A stretch of DNA of 64,000 nucleotides from Octopus vulgaris (GCA_951406725.2 OX597815.1:168454001-168518000), one strand, 5' to 3'. Numbered from the stretch's first letter, positions 25,574-38,609 are shown. Program-made: numbers and translations. The notes: generated from the sequence alone by a model not told the origin.

Positions 25574-27229
25574 CTGTAAAATAAATGAATGAATGAATTA
25601 ATTAATACACACACACACAAAAGTACATACATGGATATCCCTCCTAATGCCAACCACTTTACAGAGTATATTGGATGCTATTTTGTATGCCCCCCCCCCC
25701 CCACCGTACTAGTAAGGTCGCCATGTGGCTTGCAAGACGAAAATCTTCTTTGACTGAGTTAGGCTACAGTAGAAAGGGAGTTGGTATTATGTTAAACCAT
25801 GAGATGATTAAAGTATGAAAGAAGATAAAAAGAGAAGAGGTCTTGTGCTATAGAGGAGTTACATAGCTACTCACATTATAGAAGAATAGGTAGAAGTAAT
25901 GGGGATGGAGTTGGGAAGAGAGATAAAATAATGCCAATTCCACGTAAAAAGCACCCAGTACATTCAGTAAAGTGGTTGGCATAAGGAAGGGCATCTAGCT
26001 GTAGAAACCAAACCAAAATAGACTATGGAACCTAGTGCAGCCCCTAGCCTGGCCAGCTCCTGTCAAACCATCCAACCCATGCCAGCATGGAAAACAGGTG
26101 TTAAATGATGATGATGAAAACAAGGTGTCAGAGTGGACTCTCAAGGTACAAGAAGGTGAGTAGAAGTGATTGGAAACAAAAGAACAGCATGTGGGTACGA
26201 GAGTGAGAAAAGAGTAGAGACAGGAAACAGGTGAGGGGACGATATAATGAATAAAAAACAAGGTTCAGTAGTGGTTAATGATGACTATATATTGGTGGAA
26301 TGGTAAGGAAGAGTAGGTGATGACTGTAAAAATTGGGTAGAGCTGAAGGGTGCATGTAGTGAATGTTAGATGAACAGCAGAGGGGTGGATGACAATACAT
26401 ATGATTTGGGAGGAAAAAAGGGAACAGTAAGTGATGACTGACTGTACACATACACATTTTAAGAACCATTTAAATAAAGAAAAATACTCCCATAAGGGAC
26501 AGAGTGAACTGACAAAGGATCAGCAAATGTGAATGGGCTGCTACGAGAAGGGTACTGAGTGTTTAGAGGGATCAAAATTTTTCTTTGAAACACAATATTC
26601 AAACTAGGTGCAATACTTATACTTTAAACACATGTTTTAAAAATCTGTCAAGATAAGAATATAAATAGAACACTGTGTTTTCAGCAAGCATAAGCATGAC
26701 ACACCAAGATCCAATAAAATTTTATTATAGAAACTCATGCCCTCTTTAGTAATTTCCACTAAAATTTAACATAGGACGCACTAGTCCATGTGAATATTTA
26801 AAAAGAGAAAATCATAGCCTGGATGGGATAATAAACCACAGTGCAAAATTAATAACTGTTTGATTAAAATAACCTGTCTTTGTGTAGGTGTGTGCGCGCA
26901 TGCATGCATGCATGCGTGTGTGTGTGTTTTCTCCTTCTTCCAAAGCAGGAAGAGACAGCATTGAATAATAACAATAAACATCAGAGATAGTCTTCTAATT
27001 GGATGATTTCATTGTTGAATTTGTAAGCTTTCCTATTGCAGGGAGTAGGGTAATGTTGCAATAAGTGAGCAAACTTACTGTAATAAATCATTCAACTATG
27101 AAGAAGGAGTGTCATTTTTTACTTTTTCTTTTATAGACAATGTGAAAAAGGAAGACTACATTAATATGTTATTATGTTTATGTATTTATTTTGCAAAATT
27201 CCTGATGTGAAATCATGTGTTGAAACAGA

Positions 27230-27750
27230 TATTGTTATATTTGGGGATGGTCATTCTTTTGTCAATTAATAACATGCACTATGTACTTGATCTTTACTTC
27301 AGCTTTATTATTATTATTATTATTATTCAGTAGTTTTATTTTTTATAGCGTGCTTTCACTTCACTACCAAGCGCAGCTCTGTGTGCCTTGGGTATGTGCT
27401 GTGATTTGTTGTGATGTTCTGATGGTCATTGTATGGAAAGTGTTCTGCGTAGGATGTGTGCAGTGCCTAGTAGTGCAATTTTCTGTATGTTATATGTGTT
27501 TGTAAGTCCTGGTGTTTTTGTTATGTATTTGTCTGAATATTTTTTTATCATGCCTAATGCACCTACTATGATAGGAATTGTTTCTGTTTTTAGATTCCAC
27601 ATTCTGGTTACCTCCATTTCCAGGTCTTTGTATTTTGAAAGTTTCTCCATTTCTTTTAGAGACACGTTGTCATCTGCCGGTATTGATACATCAATTAGAA
27701 AGCATTTTTTTCCTTCATGATCTCTGACAACTATATCTGGTCTGTTGGCC

Positions 27751-27788
<38 letters not shown>

Positions 27789-27974
27789 TTAGTGTCCTTT
27801 GCCTTGGTCTTTTGTCATACATCCAGTGACTCTTCATTCCATGTGTCTCCTCTTGTTCTGTTTAGTCCATTCTCAGACAATGGACTAATCAGAACAGGAG
27901 GAGACACATGGGATAAAGAGTTGCTGAAGAGGTCAAAGGATGTGTGGCGGTAGATTTCATACAAAAGACACTAA

Positions 27975-28007
<33 letters not shown>

Positions 28008-28081
28008 GCTGAAGTAAAGATCAAGTACATAGTGCATGTGATTAATAGACAAAAGAATGACCATCCCCAAATATAACAATA
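27230..28081. repeat. Nested foldback structure (outer ~80-bp arms, inner 33-bp hairpin) interrupted by the R4/Dong insertion
   Basis: 27230-27309 vs 28002-28081 (2 mismatches); 27839-27871 vs 27879-27911 (2 mismatches, 7-nt loop). Confidence 0.88.
27328..27750 (-). mobile_element. 3' end of an R4/Dong-type element inserted into an (AAT)n tract
   Basis: RPDIVV...FLIDVSIP...KEMEKLSKYKDL...IPIIVGALG...QKIALLGTAHILRRTL* (PD..D RLE domain); (ATT)n on both sides, consistent with the known (AAT)n targeting of Dong-type elements. Confidence 0.88.
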
Positions 28082-29138
28082 ATATGTTTTTGTTTGTTTT
28101 TTTCAATTATGGAAATAACCCACCATTCTAAACTCACATTCTCTGTCTCTTCATCAGCATCATCTTTTAATGTCCATTCTCCATGCTGGCATAGCTTGAC
28201 AGGAGCTGACCAACTGGGGAGGCGCCTGGGTTCCATTTTTCTGTTGTGACATGGTTTCTATGGTTGGATGCCCTTCTAATGTCAACCACTTTACAGAGTA
28301 TACTGGGTGCTTTTACATGTCACCAGCATGGTTACTTTTACGTGGCACCAGTATGGGTGTTTTCTATGCTGTACTGGCACCTTCTACATGGCACCGAGAG
28401 AGGTGCCTTCTACGTGGCACTGGCACAGTCCACATTTTATGAATTATTAAAAATCTGAACAGAGTATACATCTTCTGTTCTCTAATCATATTTTAGGCAG
28501 GTATAAATTTGAAGCTTCTTTTCATTTTCTGAAGCTCTTTATTAAAACACAGAGAAACATTTCTTTCTTTCTTTCCTTCTTTCTTTCTTTCTTTCTTTGA
28601 TTTCTCTCCCCATCAAACACATCTATTATCTCTAGCATGAACCAACAAGAGAACTTCTATGTGATCACTCAAAATACTAGAAATAACATCCATATCTCCC
28701 TCAAACCACACCCCACTGCCATGAACTACTGAACGCTTGAACTACTGACACTATACTTGAAAATAAAAAGGAAATGATAAAGCTGAAATGCCTTTGATAG
28801 CAGATATGTAAAATCAAAGAAAAATTGGGACAAAACAACTATATTTTATATATACATATATATTCTCTCCTCCCACCTCTCTCACCCTCTTATTCTCTCC
28901 AACACAGTTGCAGAAATAGAGACACACATACAAACCACAAAGTTAATAAATATCATGTAAATAAGTTATGTATTCTTCATAGCCATTAAACCAAAACATT
29001 TAGGTTTGCCACAGTTTTATATAAAACAAGACATACTCAACTATAAATTAAAGGAAGGTCTAAACCAGATTAATGAGCTCAATCAAATGTCTGCTTTTGA
29101 AACCCATTTAAATACATGTTCATAGTATAGATACTTGC

Positions 29139-29246
29139 CTGTGTCAGTTGTCTGTTTTGTTCTTTCAGCATCTTCATACGACCTTCCTCAGATGGAATTG
29201 TCTGTCCAATATTACTAACAGCTAGATTCATGTGTAGCGGGAAGCC
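29139..29246 (-). CDS. SAPCD2: SAPCD2-like coding exon: GFPLHMNLAVSNIGQTIPSEEGRMKMLKEQNRQLTQ
   Basis: Acceptor aaattatatttcag; donor CAG|gcaagt (GC-AG); 108 nt, phase 0-0. MLKEQNRQLTQ matches the SAPCD2 C-terminal MLKEQNRLLTQ motif. Confidence 0.9.
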
Positions 29247-29489
29247 CTGAAATATAATTTGTGAAATAAAAGAAATAAAAGAAATCATCAGGCATAGCTG
29301 TGTGGTAAGAAGTTCACTTCCCAACCATATGATTGCAGGTTCAGTCCCACTGTGTGGCAACTTGGACAAGTTTCTTCTACTATAGCCTCAAGCGGAAAAA
29401 AACCTTGTGAGCAGATTCGGTAGATGGAAAGTGAGAGAAGCCTGTCATGTATATACATATATATATATGTTTATATATATATACATATA

Positions 29490-30095
29490 CATATATAATA
29501 GCTTCTGTTACCTAGGTGACCAAGTCAGTAGGGGGGGGGCTCTGAGAGCAAGAACAAGAATGGGTTCAGAGATCTCCAACTTCTGTTGGTAACAAAAGGC
29601 CTCTCCCACAGAATAAAAGGCAGATTGTATAATTCTTGTGTGCAAACAGCCACGCTACATACCAGTGAAACATGGGCTGTAACTACAGAGGACATGTGTA
29701 GGCTTGAAAGAAATTAAGTTAGTATGCTTCGCTGGAAGTGCAGTATTTGTGTGCATGTATGATAGAGTGTAAATGTCTTGAGAGAAAAGTTGGGCATAAG
29801 AGGCATCAGATGTGGTTTGCATTGGTATGGTCATGTGATGCATATGGATGTGGACAGCTGTATGTAGAAGTTCTGATCTCTACCAGTGAAAGGAAGCTGA
29901 GGGAGACCCAGGAAGACATGGAACAAGGTGGTGAAGCATGATCCTCGAATGTTGGGCCTCATGGAGGCAATGACTTGTGACCGAGATCTTTGGCAATATG
30001 CTATGGTTGAGAAGACCCATCAAGTCAAATGAAATCATAGTTGTGGCTATTGTCAGTGTCATGTAACTGGCACCTGTGCCGGCGGCACGTAAAAC
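29490..30095 (+). mobile_element. RTE-clade LINE ORF2 C-terminus running into its 3' UTR
   Basis: WYGHVMHMDVD...GRPRKTWNKVVKHD...LGLMEAMTCDRDLW; the downstream sequence joins the abundant (GAT)n-tailed repeat family. Confidence 0.8.
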
Positions 30096-30971
30096 ATTTT
30101 GTTATCTCTAGTTCCAGATCTTTATTTCTGGATCATTTATCCATATTTGTTACTGCTATGTATTCTTTCTTTTAAATGTCCTACTTCGATTTCTTGTATA
30201 TTTTGGCTTTGAGAATTTATCTTCTTTAGTCAGCTGTTTTGTTAGGACCCAACATTATGTTTAAATAAGGATTATTTTCTTTCCAAATTTCATTAAGAGA
30301 ATATTGTAGGAGCTTCATTTTGGGGAATTGATTGTATCTAATATATACTTGTAGAACACATTCGTATTCTTCTTGTGTCCATTTATACCATTTTATGTTT
30401 CATTTGGAATACATTAATTATATGAGTTACAGACAAACAATTTACAAATAAATTACTGTACATCTTATACAGTTATTTTTCAACATTTTCATCATTTCTT
30501 CAGTTTGCTTCATTGTTATTTAAACAAAGTTAATGGAATCTTTCAGAACATTCACATAGCTTACTTTGATGTTAAATGTCTATCAGTGTTCTTTCTGTGT
30601 TTTCTCTTTAGATCTCTCATGGTGTTCTCTCACTTAACATCATTCAGTAATCTCTAGTAACTGTTGCTGGTATTCTCTTACAGTTGCTCTTAACATTCTG
30701 AGTCCAAATCCTACCAAGGTCAACTTAGTACCGGGGTCAATTTAATCAACTATTTTCCTTCCAACAAAAATGTGCAGCTTTGTGAGTATGTTAGAAATTA
30801 TTATTATTATTATTGTAGGTGAGGCATAGCTGTGGTTGAGAAGTTTACTTCCTAAACATGAACTCTTGGGTTCAGTCCCATTGCATAGCAGCTTGGGGAA
30901 ATAACTTCTACTACAACCCTGGGCTAACCAAAGCCTTGAGGATGGATTTGAAAAAAAAACCCATCATGTGT

Positions 30972-31016
<45 letters not shown>

Positions 31017-31579
31017 CATATGTGTTTCTGTGTATCTTTGTTTTGACATCATTGTTGTAAACAAGCATCACCATCACACAAGTGAGGTTGTTCATTTCTA
31101 GTCTTTGATGAAAATCAATGTCTGCTTATGTGGAACTATTATCCACCTTGCAAACAGGTGGGGCTGACAACAGGAAAGTCATCTGACTATAGAAAACCTG
31201 CCTCAACAAATTCCATTTGACCCATGCCAGCATGGAAAAGTGAATATTCAATGATGATTATGGTGTTGTTGTTGTTGTTATTAACTGAGCAGCAGAGTGG
31301 CAGAAAGAATTAAACACTATACTAATTGCAAATACTTAGGAGCTTTTAGTATTAGCCTTCCTTGTTCTAAGTTCAAATTCTACTAGTATCAAATTCACTT
31401 TTATTTCAACTGGGTCATTAAAAGTAGTATTAGTTGCAATAAACTCAGTTCAAATTAATTAACTACAGGATTTCTCTAAGTATTTTTGGATGGACACAGA
31501 AATCATTACTATTATTATTATTATTATTATTATTACTAAGCTGACGAGCTGGCAGAACCATTGGATTAATGCAACCAAC

Positions 31580-31790
31580 TAGTCCCCACTAGTGATCTTG
31601 GTCACTGGTCATTGCCTCCATGAGGCCCAACATTTGAAGATCATGCTTCACCACATTGTTGTCCCATGTCTTCCCGGGTCTCCCTCTTCCACAGCTTCCT
31701 TTCACTGGTAGAGATCGGAACTTCTTCACACAGCAGTCCACATTCATATGCATCACACGACCATACCAATGCACACCACATTTCTGTCTT
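31580..31790 (-). mobile_element. RTE-clade LINE fragment (same family as 29.5-30.1 kb)
   Basis: HWYGRVMHMNVDCCVKK...GRGRPGKTWD...KHDLQMLGLMEAMTSDQD. Confidence 0.78.
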
Positions 31791-34276
31791 TGTGCATGAA
31801 GTAGAAAAAGTTATTACTTTTACTATAAGGTGGCAAACTGGCCAAATCATTACCATGTCAGGCAAAATGGTGAGCAGCAATTCATCCGCATTTACATTCT
31901 GAGTTCAAATTCTGCAAGATCCTTTCAGGGTTGATAAAGTAAGTACCAGTTGAATACGAGGGTCAATGTAATCAACTAATCCCCTCCCCAAACTTGCTGG
32001 CCTTGTGCCAAAATTTGAAATCATTATTACTATTACCATAATACTATAGAGGAGCCATGTGGCCTAGTGGTTCAGATGTTGACCATATGATTAAAAAGTT
32101 TGGGGTTTAATTCCTGGACTACATAATGTGTCTTTGAGCAAAGTCCTTCATTTCAAGTTGCTCCAATTTACTCAGTTGAAATTGAACGACAGCCAACTGT
32201 GAGTGCAGGCTCTCCCACCTTCTGATTGTCAAATCCTCAACATTCTATTGGATCAAGGTAGAGGATATTTATATCAGCTTGTGACTACATAAACACCTAA
32301 AACATCAAAAGTGTAATACTTGCTACTAAATCATACTTGTTTGCAAGTAACACTTATGCTTTGCCATTACAATTATATTTTTCTCTTATTATTAACGTTA
32401 AATTTTGTAAAGAAATAAACCATATTATTAAATTGACCTCAGAACCTATTTTTAATAGCATAAGAGTGATCAAAACTAAATCAATTTAGAGTGAAATTTG
32501 AACTAGTGAAGGAATAAATTAGTTCATGTAAAATATCTAATAGAGCTTTCCACCAGTTGTACCAGCTGTACCATAAACAACAATTAAGAAACAATATCCA
32601 TGACATTTTTACAAGCATTGATTTATCTTTTTTTTTTTTATTACTATTAGTTAATGTGAAAAGTGATTGTCATTGTAGCCTTTTTTGACCTTACTGGACA
32701 GGGCTCTATGAATAATTGACATTGACAATACAACCCATGGAGGTTCTAATATAGGGAAAGCGGATAGTTAGAGAAATTCATAGAATTGCAGTTCTAGGAG
32801 AGAAAAAATGGGAAATGCTTAATATGAAGTGAAGCCCTTCCATCTAGAAGTTGCATACTTGGTTTACTGAGAAATTAGCTCCACAGTACAGAAGCATTTG
32901 TATTCTTATAGGGATTATATCTAACTTAATGATCAAACCTGAGATTTTTAGGATGCAACAAGAAGAAAGATTAGACATTCATGTATTTATCCAAGGAATT
33001 AGCAGTGATAAGAAGTAAAATTAAAAAATCAAAATTGCATTGAAAACTTGAGTATAGAGAATCTTACTTTTTATGTTACATCATTCAAAAACTTCTAAGA
33101 ATACTTAACCATTTTGAACTGTGAACTCAAACTCAAAATAAGCCTTGAAAATTCTCGTAAGTATATTTACCAAAATGATAACAGGTAACAACTTGAGATA
33201 TTCCTTTCTATCTCTGATCAAATATATTAATTAACACTTTGATATCATTAAAATTTGTTTTAGCAATCTACAAGGGGGTAACAAGTTTACCTGTATAATT
33301 CTCAAATTTATCTCTACTCCTTCTCCAAATTCTAGTTTCTTTCCTCTGTATGTAACATTATAACAGCCATAAAACTCAGTTTAGAGGGAGGAAAAAAGGA
33401 AACAAAATCATTTTATATGTACAGCTAAAAATGCTTGATTGTAATCTAAAACTAATTCATATGTAAGCTGCAATTTTTCCCAACAGAATAATTGGTATAT
33501 CAGGTACAATTGAATAATTAGCAGAGCTGAGGAATTAGTAAATTTAAGAGCTAATTAGAATGCTGTTCCTAATGGATTGAAACTTTGACATTTAAAATGC
33601 ACAACTTTATTAGAATGTATATATAATAACAAAAATCAGTAACAAAAATAATAACAGCAACAACTTCCATAGATGTGATAAATTTTCCCAAAATTATAGA
33701 GTTGTGTGTAATTAAGTAATTAGTTGATATTGTCAGCAGAAATCACAATCATATTGCTCATTGAAAAGTGAAAACATCTAAATTATATGCAGTTCTGCAT
33801 TTTCATGGCATGCAAGGTATGCACATATGCATGCATGCATATCTGTATTATTAGGATTCAGGTTAAACCATTATAACTCACTCACTCTGGCAACAACAAT
33901 CTTGTGTTAATATAGAGAAAAAAATGTGCTGCAGTAGTCCTGTAGTGGGGAATATGATATCGTTTACTGTTATGATATTAAGGGTTTGTTAAATGCAATG
34001 GGATGTTGATGTAAATTCGATGAATGACTTTTCAGACATAGTCCAAGAGTTAGTTTGAAATGTATTTTGATGAGTTAAGGAAACGATTTTTGTTTCTGTC
34101 CTGATTGGCTACTCAGAACATTTAGAAGAAACGTATGAAGGTATGAAATATAAATAGCACATCTACAATTGAATGATTTGTGGAAATATGAAAGTGATTT
34201 CAATACACAAGGCAAACAAAGCAGTCACATATAATAAAAAATACCAATTTTAAAAAAATGCTTATAAATGTGTATA

Positions 34277-34657
34277 GGCATAGGAGTGGTTGTGTGGTAA
34301 GTAGCTTGCTTACGAACCACATGGTTCTGGGTTTATTACCACTGCATGACACCTTGGGCAAGTGTCTTCTACTATAGCCTCGGGTCGACTAAAGCCTTGT
34401 AAGTGGATTTGGTAGACGGAAACTGAAAGAAGCTCGTCGTATGTATGTATATACATGTGTATGTGTGTTTGTACCCCCCAACATCGCTTGACAACTGATG
34501 CTGGTGTGTTTACGTCCCCATAACGTAGCAGTTCAGCAAAAGAGACCAATAGAATAAGTACTAGGCTTACAAAGAATAAGTCAATTTGCTCAACTAAAGG
34601 CGGTGCTCCAGCATGGCCACAGTCAAATGACTGAAACAAGTAAAAGAGTAAAGAGTA
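34277..34657 (+). mobile_element. Family 1 CORE-type SINE, near-complete copy
   Basis: Same head, central microsatellite and GTAAAAGAGTAAAGAG tail as 20157-20568. Confidence 0.88.
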
Positions 34658-35475
34658 AATATAATTAAATAGTCATAGAATTAGAATCTAAACAAAGGAG
34701 AAAAGGGGCTAGAACTTCTAATAAAACAACTAAAATGTCTCTACTAATTATTATACCTACTAATTATTATAACTACAACTTTTGCTTTACCTGATATATG
34801 CATACCATACATACTACATTGCTAAAATTTGAAAATGTGTTTCTGAAAAACTTGAAATGGTATACAAATGCTGAAATAAAATTTGAAAACAACACCCATA
34901 GTTTAGTTACAAAAGATACTTTGCATAAAAAGAACCAATAGATCTTTATTCAAAATGCACTCTAGTGTTACCAATTTTTTGTTTATGTCACTTATTTTAT
35001 TTACTATGTTGATCTATTTGCTTCACTTCATCCAGACAAAAGCTAGGTATTTCTGCTGCTTAATGGCTGAGCAGTTGGCTTTAGCTAAAGTACTAAACTT
35101 CCACTAAAATAATTTTACCTGCAAAGAACCAATTAAAAATATATACAACAAAAAAATATTTTCTGTAATATGTCTGGAAAAAAAAACAAACTGACAAACT
35201 CTGAAATGAACTCGAAATAGGACAAAACTTTAATATGATACTCTTTTACTTGTTTCAGTCATTTGACTGTGGCCATGCTGGAGCACTGCCTTTAGTCGAG
35301 CAAATCAACCCCAGGACTTATTCTTTGTAAGCCTAGTATTTATTCTATTGTACTCTTTTGCCAAACCACTAAGTTAATGGGAACATAAACACACCAGCAT
35401 CGGTTGTCAAGCAATGTTGGGGGTACAAACACAAACACACAAACATATACACACACATAAATACATACATACATA

Positions 35476-36962
35476 TACTATTGATACTTTGATAGGTTTC
35501 GGCCATTATTGGCCCAGGCCATGTCTAACTTAATAGCACCACCTGGTGAAGTCTTTCAAGTCAGAATTTGGGCACTATGGCCCACTCAAGTAGAGAGTTA
35601 TTGTTTACAGAGACATATCCGGGTGTAGGGGGTTTATCCGGGATTTCTTGAAGGAATCTGTCCAAAGACTTCTTGAACCCTATAGGGTCAGTTTCTGTTT
35701 TAATGTGTTTTGGTGTAATGTTAAAGAGAGCGGGGCCAATTGAGGTGAAATAATTGTGCCGTATTGTTGTTATGAGATGAGAGTGCGATTTTTGTTTTGG
35801 GCGGATGGCACAGGGCCCAAGCCTTGGATGTACCTTAAAGGTGATGCCAACATCATTTGGGCAATGCTGATGGAATATTTTCCACATCATGCAGATGATG
35901 TAGCGCTCACGACGACGTTGGAGAGAATAGAGTTTTAGCTTTTCTAGTCGACCCCAATAGTCGAAGCCTGTCATGCCATCTATCTTTTTTGTGATTGCCC
36001 TTTGAGGTGTTTCAACTTTTATGATACCTTGTATTGTGTGGGGAGACCACAGTGGACAACAGTATTCAAGGTGGGGTCGGGCAAAAGTGGAGAAGAGAAG
36101 GATAATGGTGTGGATATCTCTCGACTGGAAAGTTCTGAGAATCCAGGAACACATTCTGCGGGCCATGTCAACTTTGGTGTTTATATGAGTGGCCCAGCTT
36201 ATGTTGTTGTCCACAATTACTCCCAAGTCTCTGATGTTGTTGGACGCCATGAGAGTTTCACCTGAAGGAAGGGAGTATGGGAGTTTCAGGGCATCCTCTT
36301 TTCCAAAGTGGATTAGCTCAAATTTATCCTCGTTCAGCAGCATATTGTTTTTTTCTGCCCATTGGATAACAGCCAGTAGATCTGACTGAAGGCATGTCCG
36401 GTCACTCGCCTCATTTATGACCTTCTGTAGCTTGGAGTCATCTGCAAAGATTTTTATGTTGCTGTGCTTGATGATGTCATTAATGTCATTAATGTAAATG
36501 ATGAAAAGAAGTGGGCCCAGCACAGTGCCTTGCGGAACGCCACTACTGACTTTGGCTGGGCTTGATTTTACCCCTTCAACTACAACATGTTGAGATCTGT
36601 CTGTCAGGAAACACTTGATCCATTTCAGTAACTTTCCAGAGACACCAATGTTGGATAGTTTTTTCAATAGGATCTTGTGATCGACCCTGTCGAAGGCCTT
36701 ACTGAAATCAAGGTAGATGACATCGGTGTTGGAGCCCTCTCCCAAAGCTCTCAAAATGTTCTCAAAGTGATGCAGGAGCTGCGTTAGGCAGTCCCTTCCA
36801 TTACGGAACCCATGTTGGTTGGAGATCAGCTGTCTGTTGCTTTCCAGAAATTGGGTTATTCGAGATCTCACCACCCTCTCAAATACCTTGATGATATGAG
36901 AGGTGAGTGAGATCGGACGGTAATTCACTGCATATTCACTGTAATTCACGGTAATTCACTGT
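35476..36962 (-). mobile_element. 5'-truncated CR1/Jockey-group non-LTR retrotransposon (LINE), probably a young copy
   Basis: Uninterrupted RT ORF plus short 3' UTR ending in a TATCAAAG/TATCAATAG-type tandem tail; inserted into the central microsatellite of a minus-strand SINE (halves at 35242-35475 and 36963-37138). Confidence 0.92.
35561..36932 (-). CDS. LINE ORF2 fragment, reverse transcriptase domain (no endonuclease domain; 5' truncated)
   Basis: Stop-free frame (462 aa in the ORF track) with NYRPISLTS, QHGFR, YLDFSKAFDRV, SGVPQGTVLGPLLF, FADD, DLGV and RPHLEYC motifs. The first residues of the ORF-track protein come from junction repeats. Confidence 0.9.
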
Positions 36963-37053
36963 ATATATATATACAACGGGCATTTTTCAATTTCCGTGCT
37001 ACCAACATCCACTCACAGAGGCTTTGGTCAGACAGAGGCAGATAGATAGATAG

Positions 37054-37094
<41 letters not shown>

Positions 37095-37445
37095 TGGTTC
37101 GTAAGCAAGCTACTTACCACACAGCCACTCCTATGCCTATGATGTTGTTTTATACTTACAGACTTTCCTCAGTCACAGAATGAATCAGTTGGGCATGACT
37201 GTTTTAACGCTAGTGATTTGACACACTGAACTTATTCTGGTGACAGTATCTTTTCGCACTGCAGACAAACATGCACACACACAGAAATATATACACATAG
37301 AGACAGAAAGTGAGAGAGAGAAAGAGATGCGACAATTTATTAATTGAACACGACTGACATAAACACATTCCATTTCCTCAAAACACAAAGAGAAATATGC
37401 TCACACATGTAAACAGAGAAAGAGAGAAAACAAGAGACACATTCC

Positions 37446-37663
37446 GTTGTGTCTGGGGAGAGTGGTTTTCTTTTTGTGCCTTATAATGTTACATACTCAC
37501 TGGTAAAATTTCCACTTATTTCTTATTTTTATTTTCCTAAAATTTTCATTGCGTCTTGCAACCTTTTCAATAGTCTTATAAGGCACAAAAAGAAAATGAC
37601 TCTCCCCAGACAGAACAGAATATGCTTCAACACACTAACTCATATAAAGAATCTTGCAAACCA
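37446..37663 (+). mobile_element. Third copy of the same foldback family (3' truncated)
   Basis: Inverted repeat 37446-37486 / 37576-37616; high identity to 44273-44516. Confidence 0.75.
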
Positions 37664-38224
37664 GTGTAGGACTGAACCCAAAATCATATGGCTGGGAAGC
37701 AGACTTCTTACCACATGGCCATGCTTGTGCTTATTTTATATCATATTTTGTGGACAATTGTTTCTATGGTTACAGGTTAGCCATGGATTGATCACTGGCT
37801 CATTGCATTTATGATAGTAATTATGACAAAGGAAGTCTGTATGACTTGAGAAGAAACAAATATTACATTTTAGTTTGAAAGCTCCACTTTATCAGTTCTT
37901 TTCCCATCCTCATGTTTCATTAACTCTAGAAGCATATTTGATGCTAGATATATCTTATACTAATACTAGACATTTTTGTCTATTTTTGTCATTTATTTAT
38001 GTATGTGTGTTTGAAGAGAGAGAAAGAGAGAGAGAAGGTGTGTGTGTGTGTGTGTGCGTGCGTGCACATATCTGTATGAGTAAGAGTTAAGGGGAGAAGA
38101 ATTTAATGAGGGGAAAAAAGAAAGGATATGTGAAAGCAAAATGGTAATGGTAAAAGTATAAGGAAACAAAGACAGGAAGGAAGAAAATGTTTGATAAAAT
38201 CAAATAATGGTACATGCAAACACA

Positions 38225-38227
38225 TAC

Positions 38228-38296
<69 letters not shown>

Positions 38297-38330
38297 CAAA
38301 TAGAGAGGGAGAGAGAGAGAGAGAGAGAGC
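38225..38330. repeat. Compound microsatellite (CAGA)n(TAGA)n(GA)n
   Basis: Direct reading; many further (CA)n, (TG)n, (AAT)n and (GAT)n tracts throughout the window. Confidence 0.9.
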
Positions 38331-38609
38331 TAACAGTTAGAACTAATTGATTGACATATCAGGTCGAGTATGAAATGTCACATTTGTTATACGATGCTAA
38401 TTGATAAATAAGGTATACTTTTATTAATAATGTAATGTAATGTAATTAACATCAGTGAAAAATAGCTGCTCATTACAAAGAAAATGATTAGTGTTGGTCT
38501 CTAGGTGAGGCCTTCTTACACACAAACATATGCATGCATGCACATAAATAAGAACACACACATGCATGCAAACACACACACACACACACATCCTTGAGAC
38601 TGTAATCAA

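Noticed and set aside
29133-29134. Canonical GT donor 4 nt beyond the GC donor
   Set aside because: Adds 4 nt and breaks the frame into the conserved terminal exon.
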